Below, in pieces: positions 35,701-45,752 of a stretch of 45,926 nucleotides of DNA (its first letter is position 1; every line of letters begins with the position of its first letter). Source of the DNA: a virus (lineage: Duplodnaviria; Caudoviricetes); IMG/VR virus record IMGVR_UViG_3300042347_000757, positions 1 through 45,926 of that record; one strand, given 5' to 3'. The notes below the pieces were generated by a model. It had not been told where the DNA came from and did not search any database. It was given only the letters and a program-made list of their open reading frames with translations. The translations under genes were made by a program, and so were the position numbers.

Positions 35701-38700
35701 ATGAATGGAGGAAAAGATGTAAGGTTTGGACACGATAAACGTCAAGTTTCTATTGTTCCAAATTCGGAACAAAATCTTTATAATATTGCAAATGGTGAAA
35801 TATTAACAGATGAGTTTGGAACTCCTGTAATTACGGAAGTTGATACATTTTATCTTCCTGATGCAACAACAAAAAGATCTTCCTCTATTGTATTTGATGG
35901 AACAAAGAGTCCATATCCAAAACAAAGTTATCAAACAATTGGCATATTTTCTGCTTCTTATGCAGATTATGATGTATATCTAACTCAACCATTTACAGTA
36001 TTGCAATCTGGTGGTGGAAATGTTGGCGTTTCTAGCACTGTTCTGATATCATCTGGATATGTGATATTGGGAAATTATCCATACCAAGAAGTTGGTACAG
36101 TGGCGGATCAAGTATCGGAAAAAAATAAATTATATTTTGACACTTCAATTGGAATTTCAACAATACTTGGTGTTTCTGTTGGGGATTTTGTATCTGGACC
36201 AGACATTCCAGACGGAACTTATGTTGCACAAGTTTCATATAATAATAGATTAACATTATCTAATAATACAACAAATACTTCATCTCAAATTAGAGATGTT
36301 TTAATTCAAAGAAGAAATATTACTAAAGCAAAGTCAGATCCAGTTTGGAAAATTGAAGAACAATTTAAAGAAACAAGTGAAGTTAGTACAACATTACTTG
36401 GTGTCAACAGAGCAGAAACTCAACTTGCATTATTTGCAAACGTATCTAGTTATGGTTTAGATCCAGATGATTTTGAAACTTATTCATTTAATGGCGGAAC
36501 AAGTTTTGGAAGTTGGGAAACAAGAAAAAATGCATTGTTTGGAAATAGATATTCAGCAACAACTACGGAAGAAACTCAAGAATCAGCAATTAAATTAACT
36601 GCATTTCCTACACCATATTCATATCCATATGGACCAAATTTTGCTAAATTAGGTCTTTACAACGATGATCTTTTCAATCGTTATCGTTTATTCATACAAC
36701 TTGGAAATGATTTATATGAATATTTCAGTATTGGTGCTGGATCATATTATCCAAGTGAGTGGAAGGAAAAGTTTTTATCTCCTGGATTTGCTTATGTGTT
36801 TGGCGGCGATGTTGTTTATGCTGCTGGAATTGATAGATCATTTGCTCAAATTGATATTTGGACTGATACTTGGAGAGATATTAAAGATGGAATTCTGATA
36901 GATCCAACCAATGGATCTGCCTTTAATTTTGCCATAGTTAGCACTATTTTAGGTGGTTCTTATGATTCAACATCAACTCGTCCTGGATATGCTGATAATT
37001 TCAGAAGATATTCATATCTTCAATCAAGAAGAGTATTTAGATATCAACCTGGAAGAATTAGTGGATTTACTTTTGGTTTAAGGTCTTCTGTAGAACCAGT
37101 AACTGGAATTACTTTAGAATGGGGAATTGCAAATAATAGTGATCAATATATTTTCCAAATTGATGCAGGACAATTTTTCATCATTCGCAGAAGTACAATT
37201 CCATTAGAATCTAGCGTTTTAATAAGAAATGGACTGACAATTTTTGACCAAACAAGAATTGAAAGTGGAGATCCATTTGATAGTGAAACATATTGGACAA
37301 TTAAAATTCCAAAAGACAAATTCAATGGCGACCCATTAAATTCTAATGGACCTTCTGGATATCTGCTCCAACCACAAAATGTTACAATGTATAAAATTGA
37401 ATTTGGTTGGTATGGTGCGATTGGTGCAAGATTCTATGCATATATCCCAACAGATAATGGTGATGCACGATGGGTAGTAATTCACACACTTGTAATTGAA
37501 AACTCTCTGGAGGCTCCTTGCTTAAGAGATTCTTATTTTAGATTCAAATACTCTTTGAATGTTGCTAACACTGGAGATGTGAGAACACCACAATACATTT
37601 ATAAGTATGGTGCTTCTTATTATATTGATGGTGGAGACGAAGGAACATCCCAAATATATTCAACATCATCCAAACAAAAAACTATTAGAACAACTGGTAG
37701 CAAATCTTTAATTGGAATTCGTCCAAAGGAATATCTATTAAATCGTGAAGGAGTTGAAATTCAAAATAAAAAAATTATTATTCCAGAAACATTAAATGTT
37801 TCCACTGACTCATTAACAGAAGTGAAAGTTGTAACTTGCAAGGCTTGTCCTGGATTTGGTCACGTTTATACTCCAGGAATAGCAACAACCGAAAGTGGTA
37901 GATATATTGACGCAGAGTTTGATACAACAAGTAGTATTGTCTCACTAAATGATAGTTATTTTACTGAAAATGATATTGGAGCAAAGATAATTGCGCCTTC
38001 AATTTACAATGCATATATTACAAATGTGACAAATCCAATTGGTATTGGAAATTCTTATGAAAAAGCAGTAATAAAAAGATTTGCTGGTATATCTGATTTT
38101 TCATTAGAAACAAAACCAATAGCAGGAGAATTAGTTTTAGATAGAGTTTTGGGAATCACTACCACAATTGGTATCGGGACTACGTATCCACACCAAATTC
38201 GTTTAAGTAATTATAATGCCATTGCTGCTTCTGAATTTGCATTTAGTGGGTCTAAAATTGAAATTCAATTTGTAAATCCAAATAATGGAGACGATTATGC
38301 ACATTTTGCAGATTTCTTGATTGGAATTACTGACAAAAAACCAGATGTATCTCTTCCAGATACTTTGAATGGATTTATTCTTCCTGGAGCAGGCACAACA
38401 AGTGTTCTTTCAAATTCTCAAATTTTATATGGAGAACATACACATTCTTATACTGCTGCTGATGAAGATGGAGTTGAAGTTGCAGAAGGTTGGGCACCAC
38501 AACAACCACCATTAAGAATGGGAATTGATTATAGAATTCCAAATTTATCTGCACCAGCAGGTGGAGTATGTTCCAAAGTTACTGTAGATGTTTTAAATCC
38601 ATTAGAAATACAAAATGTCAACGAAAAAAATTATCTTCCAAGTCTTACAGGAACACCACCAGAAGATCCTCAGGGAAGACGTTGGATTGAAATTGCTGGA

Positions 38701-39390
38701 ACATTTCCAAATATTGATTATGCTGGAGGACAAATTGCAGTTAAAAATACCACTACTAACGTTATAACTATTACAAATTCTACATTTGTTGGAGTCACAA
38801 GTAGTTACACTAATACTCAAGGAAACATATTTTCTTATATTCAAATTTCACAAACTTTAGGATCTGTTGGATCTAATTTTACTGTTCTCATTCGTCCAGT
38901 ATCTATTACTGGAACTACAATTAGTAAACAAAAACTTTATAACTACAATCCTTGGCCTTTATATTTGGTTGCAAAATTAAAAGATAATGCAGCGATCAAT
39001 AATATTAGTGTCGAAGAAACTATTGGTGATTTCCAAAGAACCATTAGTCCAAAATGGTATGTTTCTAGTAATTGTACAGTTACTACTGCTGATGGAAATG
39101 CAGATATAACTGGTGCAGCACCAACTAATTTTCAGGAAATTGATAGATCTTCTTCTGCATTGATTGATATTCAAAATGATCAAACATTAAGACCATATAC
39201 AGAAAGAGATACATTATATGTTGGAGCAAATTCAACAGAATCTATTAATATGAAAAAAATATTTGGTCCTGATAGATCTATCATAACACCTGACAACAAT
39301 AATGTTGAGGCAACTTTTATTCTCGCCAAAAAGATTGATTCTGGTTCCACTGGAACTGTTGAAGCAAGTATAAACTTCAAAGAACAATAA
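35701..39390 (+). CDS. Large virion structural protein, 1229 aa, paralog of the preceding gene
   Basis: SRRVFRYQPGR, MYKIEFGWYGAIGA, KYGASYYIDGGD. Confidence 0.75.
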   Translation: MNGGKDVRFGHDKRQVSIVPNSEQNLYNIANGEILTDEFGTPVITEVDTFYLPDATTKRSSSIVFDGTKSPYPKQSYQTIGIFSASYADYDVYLTQPFTVLQSGGGNVGVSSTVLISSGYVILGNYPYQEVGTVADQVSEKNKLYFDTSIGISTILGVSVGDFVSGPDIPDGTYVAQVSYNNRLTLSNNTTNTSSQIRDVLIQRRNITKAKSDPVWKIEEQFKETSEVSTTLLGVNRAETQLALFANVSSYGLDPDDFETYSFNGGTSFGSWETRKNALFGNRYSATTTEETQESAIKLTAFPTPYSYPYGPNFAKLGLYNDDLFNRYRLFIQLGNDLYEYFSIGAGSYYPSEWKEKFLSPGFAYVFGGDVVYAAGIDRSFAQIDIWTDTWRDIKDGILIDPTNGSAFNFAIVSTILGGSYDSTSTRPGYADNFRRYSYLQSRRVFRYQPGRISGFTFGLRSSVEPVTGITLEWGIANNSDQYIFQIDAGQFFIIRRSTIPLESSVLIRNGLTIFDQTRIESGDPFDSETYWTIKIPKDKFNGDPLNSNGPSGYLLQPQNVTMYKIEFGWYGAIGARFYAYIPTDNGDARWVVIHTLVIENSLEAPCLRDSYFRFKYSLNVANTGDVRTPQYIYKYGASYYIDGGDEGTSQIYSTSSKQKTIRTTGSKSLIGIRPKEYLLNREGVEIQNKKIIIPETLNVSTDSLTEVKVVTCKACPGFGHVYTPGIATTESGRYIDAEFDTTSSIVSLNDSYFTENDIGAKIIAPSIYNAYITNVTNPIGIGNSYEKAVIKRFAGISDFSLETKPIAGELVLDRVLGITTTIGIGTTYPHQIRLSNYNAIAASEFAFSGSKIEIQFVNPNNGDDYAHFADFLIGITDKKPDVSLPDTLNGFILPGAGTTSVLSNSQILYGEHTHSYTAADEDGVEVAEGWAPQQPPLRMGIDYRIPNLSAPAGGVCSKVTVDVLNPLEIQNVNEKNYLPSLTGTPPEDPQGRRWIEIAGTFPNIDYAGGQIAVKNTTTNVITITNSTFVGVTSSYTNTQGNIFSYIQISQTLGSVGSNFTVLIRPVSITGTTISKQKLYNYNPWPLYLVAKLKDNAAINNISVEETIGDFQRTISPKWYVSSNCTVTTADGNADITGAAPTNFQEIDRSSSALIDIQNDQTLRPYTERDTLYVGANSTESINMKKIFGPDRSIITPDNNNVEATFILAKKIDSGSTGTVEASINFKEQ

Positions 39391-39414
39391 TAAATAAAGA
39401 AAAGGAAAATTATA

Positions 39415-39939
39415 ATGGCAAATCGTAGACCTCTAATTGTAAATGCAACTGCCAATCAAATACAAGAGATTAATGATTCTGATAGTTTGGTGGGCAATGG
39501 AATTATTCCAGTTGGTGGAATAATTATGTGGTCTGGGACCATTGCATCTATTCCAACAGGATGGGCATTGTGTGATGGTTCCAGCAGCACTCCAGATTTA
39601 AGAAATAGATTTATTGTTGGTGCTCATAGTGGTGCTGGAACTGGTATTACCTCTACTACTGGTCCAGGATTCAGCACAACAACTGGAGCATTAAGTTCTA
39701 ATTATACTCCAGGAAATACTGGCGGAGAAACTGCACATCAATTAACTATCGCAGAACTTGCTTCTCACACTCACCCCTACAATCAAAATTCAAATAACAA
39801 TACAGACCACAGCGGAACTGACACAACAACTAATAATCCATCATTCTCTTCTCAACCAACTGGATCTACTGGTGGAGATCAATATCACGAAAACAGACCG
39901 CCATATTATGCACTTGCCTTTATTATGAGAACTATTTAA
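39415..39939 (+). CDS. Phage tail collar domain protein
   Basis: IPVGGIIMWSG...PTGWALCDG...TPDLRNRFIVGA...LTIAELASHTH...HENRPPYYALAFIMR; ATAAATA at 39390-39396. Confidence 0.9.
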   Translation: MANRRPLIVNATANQIQEINDSDSLVGNGIIPVGGIIMWSGTIASIPTGWALCDGSSSTPDLRNRFIVGAHSGAGTGITSTTGPGFSTTTGALSSNYTPGNTGGETAHQLTIAELASHTHPYNQNSNNNTDHSGTDTTTNNPSFSSQPTGSTGGDQYHENRPPYYALAFIMRTI

Positions 39940-39940
39940 T

Positions 39941-42400
39941 ATGACATTAAGAAATCCTAAACTATTTGGTCTTAATGTAGAAAGTTTTTTTTCTGACGTA
40001 GAAAATAAAAATCAAGCACTTATTGCTTTGAATTTGCCTCCATTGGATTTGGAAGTCATTCGTGGAACTTCAAATGCAGGTACAACAAGAAATGATTTTG
40101 TAAGTTTTTCAAGATTATCTCAACCAATATATAAAATTCTTGATCGTTATCAATCTGATTCTGGAACTTATCTTGATATTCTTTCTGGTAAAGCAGGAAC
40201 AGATTCAACTCTTTTTGGTAATTTAAATATTAATGGTGGTTTGAGTGGTAATTCAATTCGCTATCGTTATGTGGATGGAACTGGACCTTCTGCGGTAGTT
40301 AAAATTGCTGACATCTCAACATCAAGAGTAAGTGCTTGGAGCTCAAGTGCTTCTCCAGTAATTGATACTTCACCAATTTCTTATGGTGCAAGAGTTGGTA
40401 TTATTACTGGAGGTTCTTTACAATTTGGAACACAATCACCTTCAGTATCTGGTCCTAGACTTCAAACAAGTATTACTCCACAAGCAAAGGAATTTGCTTC
40501 GGAATTTCCAACTCATAAAATTAATTGCACAATAGGTGGACAGACTGTAAGTCTTTATGCAATGAAAGGCATTCCTCTTGTATTTACTGGATTCTTTAGA
40601 AATTTAGATGCAACTATAACTCTAGGAAATTTAATTGGTGGAACTCCTGCAAGTTGGAAAATTGTCAACACAGCAAACGCAAACGATTTTGTGAGATTTG
40701 CAAATCAAGGAGGAAATAGTTCCACAATTAATTACAGATCTTCTATATCAAGAGAAAGATATATTCAATTTTATTATAATCCAGATGAGATTTCTTCTAT
40801 TACTATCAATTCTGCAAATATTTCTAGTCTTCCAGTTACAAAATTAGCAAATGCTACAACATTAAATTTTTCATACAACACCTTAAAAAATTTTCCAGAT
40901 CTAACATTCTTTTCACCAAAGGTTGAATCAATATATTTTACTCAAAATCCATTTTACTTAAGCGATACTGTAGTAGAAAGAAAATTAAATTCAAATATTA
41001 TTGACAAAATTCCCAAAACCGTTAAGAAGTTTGTTATGGGTGGAACATTCTATGGTTCCATTACACAAAATAGCATTGCAGATCGTTTCCAAATAGATGA
41101 ATCTAGGATTGGTTTAACAGAATTAAATTTATACAGGAATAGTGGAGCATATTTCCATCCAGATGATAGTGATAATACTTGTGTTTTACCAAATGTTCCA
41201 GATAGTTGTCAAACTTATTTGGTAGATAATAATGACTTCCGTGCTATAGGAATAGCAACTGCTGGTGATAATGCATTAGGACGTTATAATATAAAACAAT
41301 TAACAAATTTAACTACATTAAGTTTAAATGGTAATTATTATCTTGAATATAATGGAGAAGATTTAATATCATCCAATAATAATAAAATACAAGCAGTAAA
41401 TATATACAGCACCGCAGTGAGATGTCCAAATTTAAGCGGAAAGCAATCACTTACTACATTTTACGGTCATTATAATCGCAATATTGGAAGTATTTTTACT
41501 TCTGGTGGAACTTATAAGTTTGATGGTTGTGGATCATTGAGCACTTTATATTTTTATGCATCACCATTAACTGGTGCAATGCCAAAATTTACAAATGCTA
41601 GTTTGAGTTATTTGGAACTTCGTGCTACTAATTTGACTGGAGGGAATCCAAATGGTGACAATACTTATGTAATTCCAGAAAGAACATTTGAACAGTCTCC
41701 AAATCTTCAGTATATGTTATTGCAGTCTGGAAATCTTCTTACCAGTCCAATACATCCAAATGCATTTACATATACTCCAAATCTTTATTATCTTTGGTAT
41801 ATTTCTTATGGAAGAACCACAGGAACACTTCCTAGTTTGGCGTCTTGTTCCAACTTAACATATCTTGTTCTTCATTATAATAATTTTAGTGGAAGTTTTC
41901 CAAATCTTGCAGCAAATCCAAATATTTACTATGTAGATTGTAGTTATAATTCTCTATCTGGAAATATACCAGGATTTAAAAATCTTTCCAATTTACATAT
42001 ATTATACCTTAACAATAATCAATTTACTGGTATAACTAAATTTACAAACTTACCAAATTTGGCATATTTTTATGCCCACAATAATCAGTTATCTGGAGAA
42101 ATTCCAGATTTTACTGATTGCCCAAATATGTATTATTTGATTTTATTTAATAATCAATTGACAAGTTATAAATCTGGTTCATTCTCTTCCCTATATCGTT
42201 TAAGATATTTGGATTTGACAAATAATTTGTTAAGTCAACAGGCAATTAACTCTATAATTTCTGATTTGTACATAAATTATACTTCAATTAATCGTGGTGG
42301 AGTTACAATTAATCTTCGTGGAAATGCATTTCCAAGTGGAACATCACTTGATTACATAGATATTTTAAGATCCAAAGGTTGGTCAATAGTACTAGATTAA
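39941..42400 (+). CDS. Leucine-rich-repeat protein in the tail-fibre cluster
   Basis: Tandem 22-24-aa LxxLxLxxNxLSGxIP repeats in the C-terminal half. Confidence 0.85.
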   Translation: MTLRNPKLFGLNVESFFSDVENKNQALIALNLPPLDLEVIRGTSNAGTTRNDFVSFSRLSQPIYKILDRYQSDSGTYLDILSGKAGTDSTLFGNLNINGGLSGNSIRYRYVDGTGPSAVVKIADISTSRVSAWSSSASPVIDTSPISYGARVGIITGGSLQFGTQSPSVSGPRLQTSITPQAKEFASEFPTHKINCTIGGQTVSLYAMKGIPLVFTGFFRNLDATITLGNLIGGTPASWKIVNTANANDFVRFANQGGNSSTINYRSSISRERYIQFYYNPDEISSITINSANISSLPVTKLANATTLNFSYNTLKNFPDLTFFSPKVESIYFTQNPFYLSDTVVERKLNSNIIDKIPKTVKKFVMGGTFYGSITQNSIADRFQIDESRIGLTELNLYRNSGAYFHPDDSDNTCVLPNVPDSCQTYLVDNNDFRAIGIATAGDNALGRYNIKQLTNLTTLSLNGNYYLEYNGEDLISSNNNKIQAVNIYSTAVRCPNLSGKQSLTTFYGHYNRNIGSIFTSGGTYKFDGCGSLSTLYFYASPLTGAMPKFTNASLSYLELRATNLTGGNPNGDNTYVIPERTFEQSPNLQYMLLQSGNLLTSPIHPNAFTYTPNLYYLWYISYGRTTGTLPSLASCSNLTYLVLHYNNFSGSFPNLAANPNIYYVDCSYNSLSGNIPGFKNLSNLHILYLNNNQFTGITKFTNLPNLAYFYAHNNQLSGEIPDFTDCPNMYYLILFNNQLTSYKSGSFSSLYRLRYLDLTNNLLSQQAINSIISDLYINYTSINRGGVTINLRGNAFPSGTSLDYIDILRSKGWSIVLD

Positions 42401-42401
42401 A

Positions 42402-43328
42402 ATGACAAAACAAAATCAAGGTTTTAGAAGAGATTTAAATTTCCAAGAAAATACTAATGATACACAATCTTTAAGTAATCTTGGTGGTGCTGGAATTGCA
42501 AACGATTTACGTATTTTACAAAATAATTTAAGAAATACTTCAACACTATCATTCAATACTGTTGTTGGTGCAGCAATATCAAGTGGACATTTTTATTTTG
42601 GTCCAACTGAATTTGTATTCACAAATGATGATGTTGTTGGGGTAAAGACTGATATCACAGTTGGTGTTGGTGTTACTTTATATAAAGATAGTACTTATTA
42701 TATTTGTAATTCAAATAGCGAAAACCAATTTAAATTATCAACAACTCCATCTAATGTTGGCGTAAATACAATTACTGTTTCTTCCGTATCATCAAGTTTT
42801 GATTTTGTTCGTAAAGATCCAGTACATAAAGAAAATATTTTAAATCTAGTAAAACCAATCATTCAAGATACTGAAAATTTTAATTATCTTGGCGGATCAT
42901 CAATCAATAGTGTTTTTGATGGTATAGCAGCAGCAAACGAAACTGCCAGATTTTTTATTACAAAAAAATATAAAGGAAATGAAAATACAGTATCAAATAA
43001 TGATATTAATGTTGAAGGATCTATTAAAATAAATGATCCACAAAACTTCAATGCTGGATCTTCGCAACTATCTGACACAAGATCTCCTGGTATTTTTATT
43101 GGTGACACTCGTGCATTTTCAAGTGACAATAATCCTTGGGCACAAGTTGGGACTGCTTTATCAACTTTAAGTAGTTCAGTTTCAATTGGAGAACTTTATT
43201 TTGCAAATGATATAACAATCACTGGAATTGGCGCAGAGACTGCAACAAATGTTGCAGTCACAACTTATACTCACAAATTACCAGTTGTAATTAATGGCGA
43301 AACTTATTATATTTTATTACGCACATAG
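42402..43328 (+). CDS. Putative virion structural protein
   Basis: 308-aa ORF; YYICNS...FKLSTT module; N-terminus resembles both neighbours. Confidence 0.7.
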   Translation: MTKQNQGFRRDLNFQENTNDTQSLSNLGGAGIANDLRILQNNLRNTSTLSFNTVVGAAISSGHFYFGPTEFVFTNDDVVGVKTDITVGVGVTLYKDSTYYICNSNSENQFKLSTTPSNVGVNTITVSSVSSSFDFVRKDPVHKENILNLVKPIIQDTENFNYLGGSSINSVFDGIAAANETARFFITKKYKGNENTVSNNDINVEGSIKINDPQNFNAGSSQLSDTRSPGIFIGDTRAFSSDNNPWAQVGTALSTLSSSVSIGELYFANDITITGIGAETATNVAVTTYTHKLPVVINGETYYILLRT

Positions 43329-45464
43329 AATTTTATAAGTTCCTATAGGAGTTTGAATTGATATTCTACTTGTAGATGTATTTGAAGCAGAGTAAGTTGT
43401 AATATTTGAAGACGAAACGACTGCTTTTAATGCATCAAATATTACGTTTCCAGATTCAATTCGGAGATTTGGTGATGCAGATATTGTATCCAATCCCTCC
43501 AAAGTTGCAGTAAATGGAGGAGAAGTATCTGTTGGTGGACAGCAAAGTTGTCTATCGTCAGATTCACCAGTGACTGTAAAGTTTGCTCCTGCAACCAAAG
43601 CACGAGTTGTGGGAGTATTGATAACTACACTTCCTGCTGGTGGAGCACCATTAACAGTTGTTCCGCTAGCAAAATAGAATCCCTGAACAGACCATCCATT
43701 AGAAACTCCTGTGCTATCTACAACGGGAATTGTAGTAGATCCTATTGGAGTATCGGCAGAAACAGTTAGACATTTTGTAATTGTTCTATTGCAGAATGAA
43801 TTCAAACTTTCATTAACAAGACCACGAGATTGATAAACATAATAAGTCGATGCTCCTAATGTTTGAGATGGATCAATTGTAAAGGTTGATGTGCTACTAG
43901 TAGTTGTGATTCCAGTATATGCTTGTGTAGTTGCACCAATCAAAATCATTCCAGATTTAAGATCAGTAGTAGATCCACTAGATAAAGTAAAAGTTGTTGC
44001 AGATGCAGAACCTTCTATTTTTTTTACAAATCCACGATGATCAATAAATGTTAAACTTGTAGAACCAGAAGCAGTTGCTAACGTATCAATTATAATACCA
44101 GTATTGATTAAAATTTGATTAATTCTTGTATTTTCTGGAATGCCTGTGCCAACAATATAATTACCTACTTCTAAATTTGTTGTATTTGATAGATTTATAA
44201 CATTTGTGTTAATTGTTGTTGTTCCAGTAATCGTATTTTTTGTAATATTTGCTAAAGTTGTTTTTGGTTGATATTTGATATCAACTTTTTTTAAAGATTT
44301 AACTTTTACATAATTATTTGATAATATTCCACCAATAGTTCCACCACCAAATCTTATAGAATTGTCTATAAAAATTGAAAACTCTCCTTTTGCAGCATCA
44401 CTAAAATCATAATCCAAAGAATATAAATTAGTATATCGTAAATCAATAATACCACCAGTTGGAGCAGTATAATCAAAATTTATATTTCTTTGTAGCCCTA
44501 TTGCATCAACACTACTTGGAATATAATATCTTACCCTAATTCTATATCTTTGTTGTGCATTTAAGATATATGTAGAATAAGATATTGCAGTATCTTGCCC
44601 AATAGTTTTAAAGAAAGTTTTATTTTCATTGGTAAAAGATGCAGTTACTGCATTTCCTGATGGAGGAGTAAGACCAACAATACCTGTATTTCTATCAATA
44701 GATGCAACTACAGTACCAGTATTGATTCCAACACCAGAAATACTTTGTCCAACACCAACATATTTTGCATCATTTGCTGTTGTTAAAATGATTTGATTTG
44801 AATTTAAGGTTCCAGATGCAGATAATGAAGTAGTTAACCCAATTCTATTAACTTCTGTGTATGTTCCAACTCCACTGACATAACCTTGTGTTTCAAAATC
44901 AAAAGTAAAACAAGCACTACTATTAATATAAAAATTATGCACTCCACTCTGTGTTGGAATAAAATATCCTTCCCATTGAACGCCACCATTTACATCAACA
45001 CTTTCTGGAGTAATTTTTTCACTATATGAAAAGTTTCCATTTTCCCAAAAATTATCAGTTTTGAATGGTATTCCGGAAAAAATTCCCACAGTATTTTCAA
45101 ATACTTGATCGGAATTAAAATAACTTGCTGATAATCCGTTTCCGCCTCTAAATCTTGGATCTCCAGAAAATGTTTTGAATCTATCTAAACGATTTTGATA
45201 TGTTATTCTTGGAGTAAATGCTATATTGATTCCAGAATTATTTGTAAATTGAACTGCACTTCCTGTAATTTGCGAATAACCAACATTATCTAAACCAGCA
45301 GAATATATTCCCCTAATACAATCCAAATCTTCGCTAATGAAAGTGCTTTGATTATCATCAACTAACGTATCTAAAAGATTATTTAATGCTTCGGTTGAAT
45401 TTGATAAATCACTAAAATTTTTATCTCTTCTCAACCCAACTCTTTTGAATATCTTTCTAGTCAT
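43317..45464 (-). CDS. PA14-domain virion protein, 715 aa
   Basis: GNGLSASYF...GGVQWEGYFIPTQSGVHNFYINS...LNAQQRYRIRVRY (PA14-like); CTAAATA on the minus strand at 45481-45487. Confidence 0.75.
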   Translation of the reverse strand: MTRKIFKRVGLRRDKNFSDLSNSTEALNNLLDTLVDDNQSTFISEDLDCIRGIYSAGLDNVGYSQITGSAVQFTNNSGINIAFTPRITYQNRLDRFKTFSGDPRFRGGNGLSASYFNSDQVFENTVGIFSGIPFKTDNFWENGNFSYSEKITPESVDVNGGVQWEGYFIPTQSGVHNFYINSSACFTFDFETQGYVSGVGTYTEVNRIGLTTSLSASGTLNSNQIILTTANDAKYVGVGQSISGVGINTGTVVASIDRNTGIVGLTPPSGNAVTASFTNENKTFFKTIGQDTAISYSTYILNAQQRYRIRVRYYIPSSVDAIGLQRNINFDYTAPTGGIIDLRYTNLYSLDYDFSDAAKGEFSIFIDNSIRFGGGTIGGILSNNYVKVKSLKKVDIKYQPKTTLANITKNTITGTTTINTNVINLSNTTNLEVGNYIVGTGIPENTRINQILINTGIIIDTLATASGSTSLTFIDHRGFVKKIEGSASATTFTLSSGSTTDLKSGMILIGATTQAYTGITTTSSTSTFTIDPSQTLGASTYYVYQSRGLVNESLNSFCNRTITKCLTVSADTPIGSTTIPVVDSTGVSNGWSVQGFYFASGTTVNGAPPAGSVVINTPTTRALVAGANFTVTGESDDRQLCCPPTDTSPPFTATLEGLDTISASPNLRIESGNVIFDALKAVVSSSNITTYSASNTSTSRISIQTPIGTYKILCA

Positions 45465-45517
45465 TTTTGACTTTTTTTATTATTTAGTTTAAAATATATA
45501 GTGTGTATAAAATTTAA

Positions 45518-45694
45518 ATGACACTTATGGATTCGCAGAAAATGTTCGAAGATTTGACCAAACAAGCAGAAGTTCTCAAAAAAGATTTGATTGATTTAGA
45601 ACAACAATTTAATATTAAAAAAGAGCAATTCATTCGCATTCAAGGAGCACTCGAAGCATTGAGTTTAGTCAATCAAAAAGAGACAGAAGAATAA
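45518..45694 (+). CDS. Small coiled-coil protein, 58 aa (not in ORF track; start may be 45527)
   Basis: MTLMDSQKMFEDLTKQAEVLKKDLIDLEQQFNIKKEQFIRIQGALEALSLVNQKETEE, heptad pattern. Confidence 0.7.
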   Translation: MTLMDSQKMFEDLTKQAEVLKKDLIDLEQQFNIKKEQFIRIQGALEALSLVNQKETEE

Positions 45695-45702
45695 GGATAA
45701 AT

Positions 45703-45731
45703 AAAAGAAGACTTACATAAGTCTTCTTTTT
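45703..45731. terminator. Inverted repeat, probable terminator
   Basis: AAAAGAAGACTTA-CA-TAAGTCTTCTTTT(T), 13-bp perfect inverted repeat. Confidence 0.7.
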
Positions 45732-45752
45732 GGTACATACCGAATGTAATAA

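Noticed and set aside
683-43769. Numerous 60-142 aa antisense or nested ORFs in the track (e.g. 2438..2788, 12813..13238, 23442..23870)
   Set aside because: Shadow frames of well-supported genes, with no recognisable motifs or expression signals
43317-45517. Invertible (Gin/Cin-type) tail-fibre switch or diversity-generating retroelement
   Set aside because: No flanking inverted repeats, recombinase, reverse transcriptase or template/variable repeat pair found by eye
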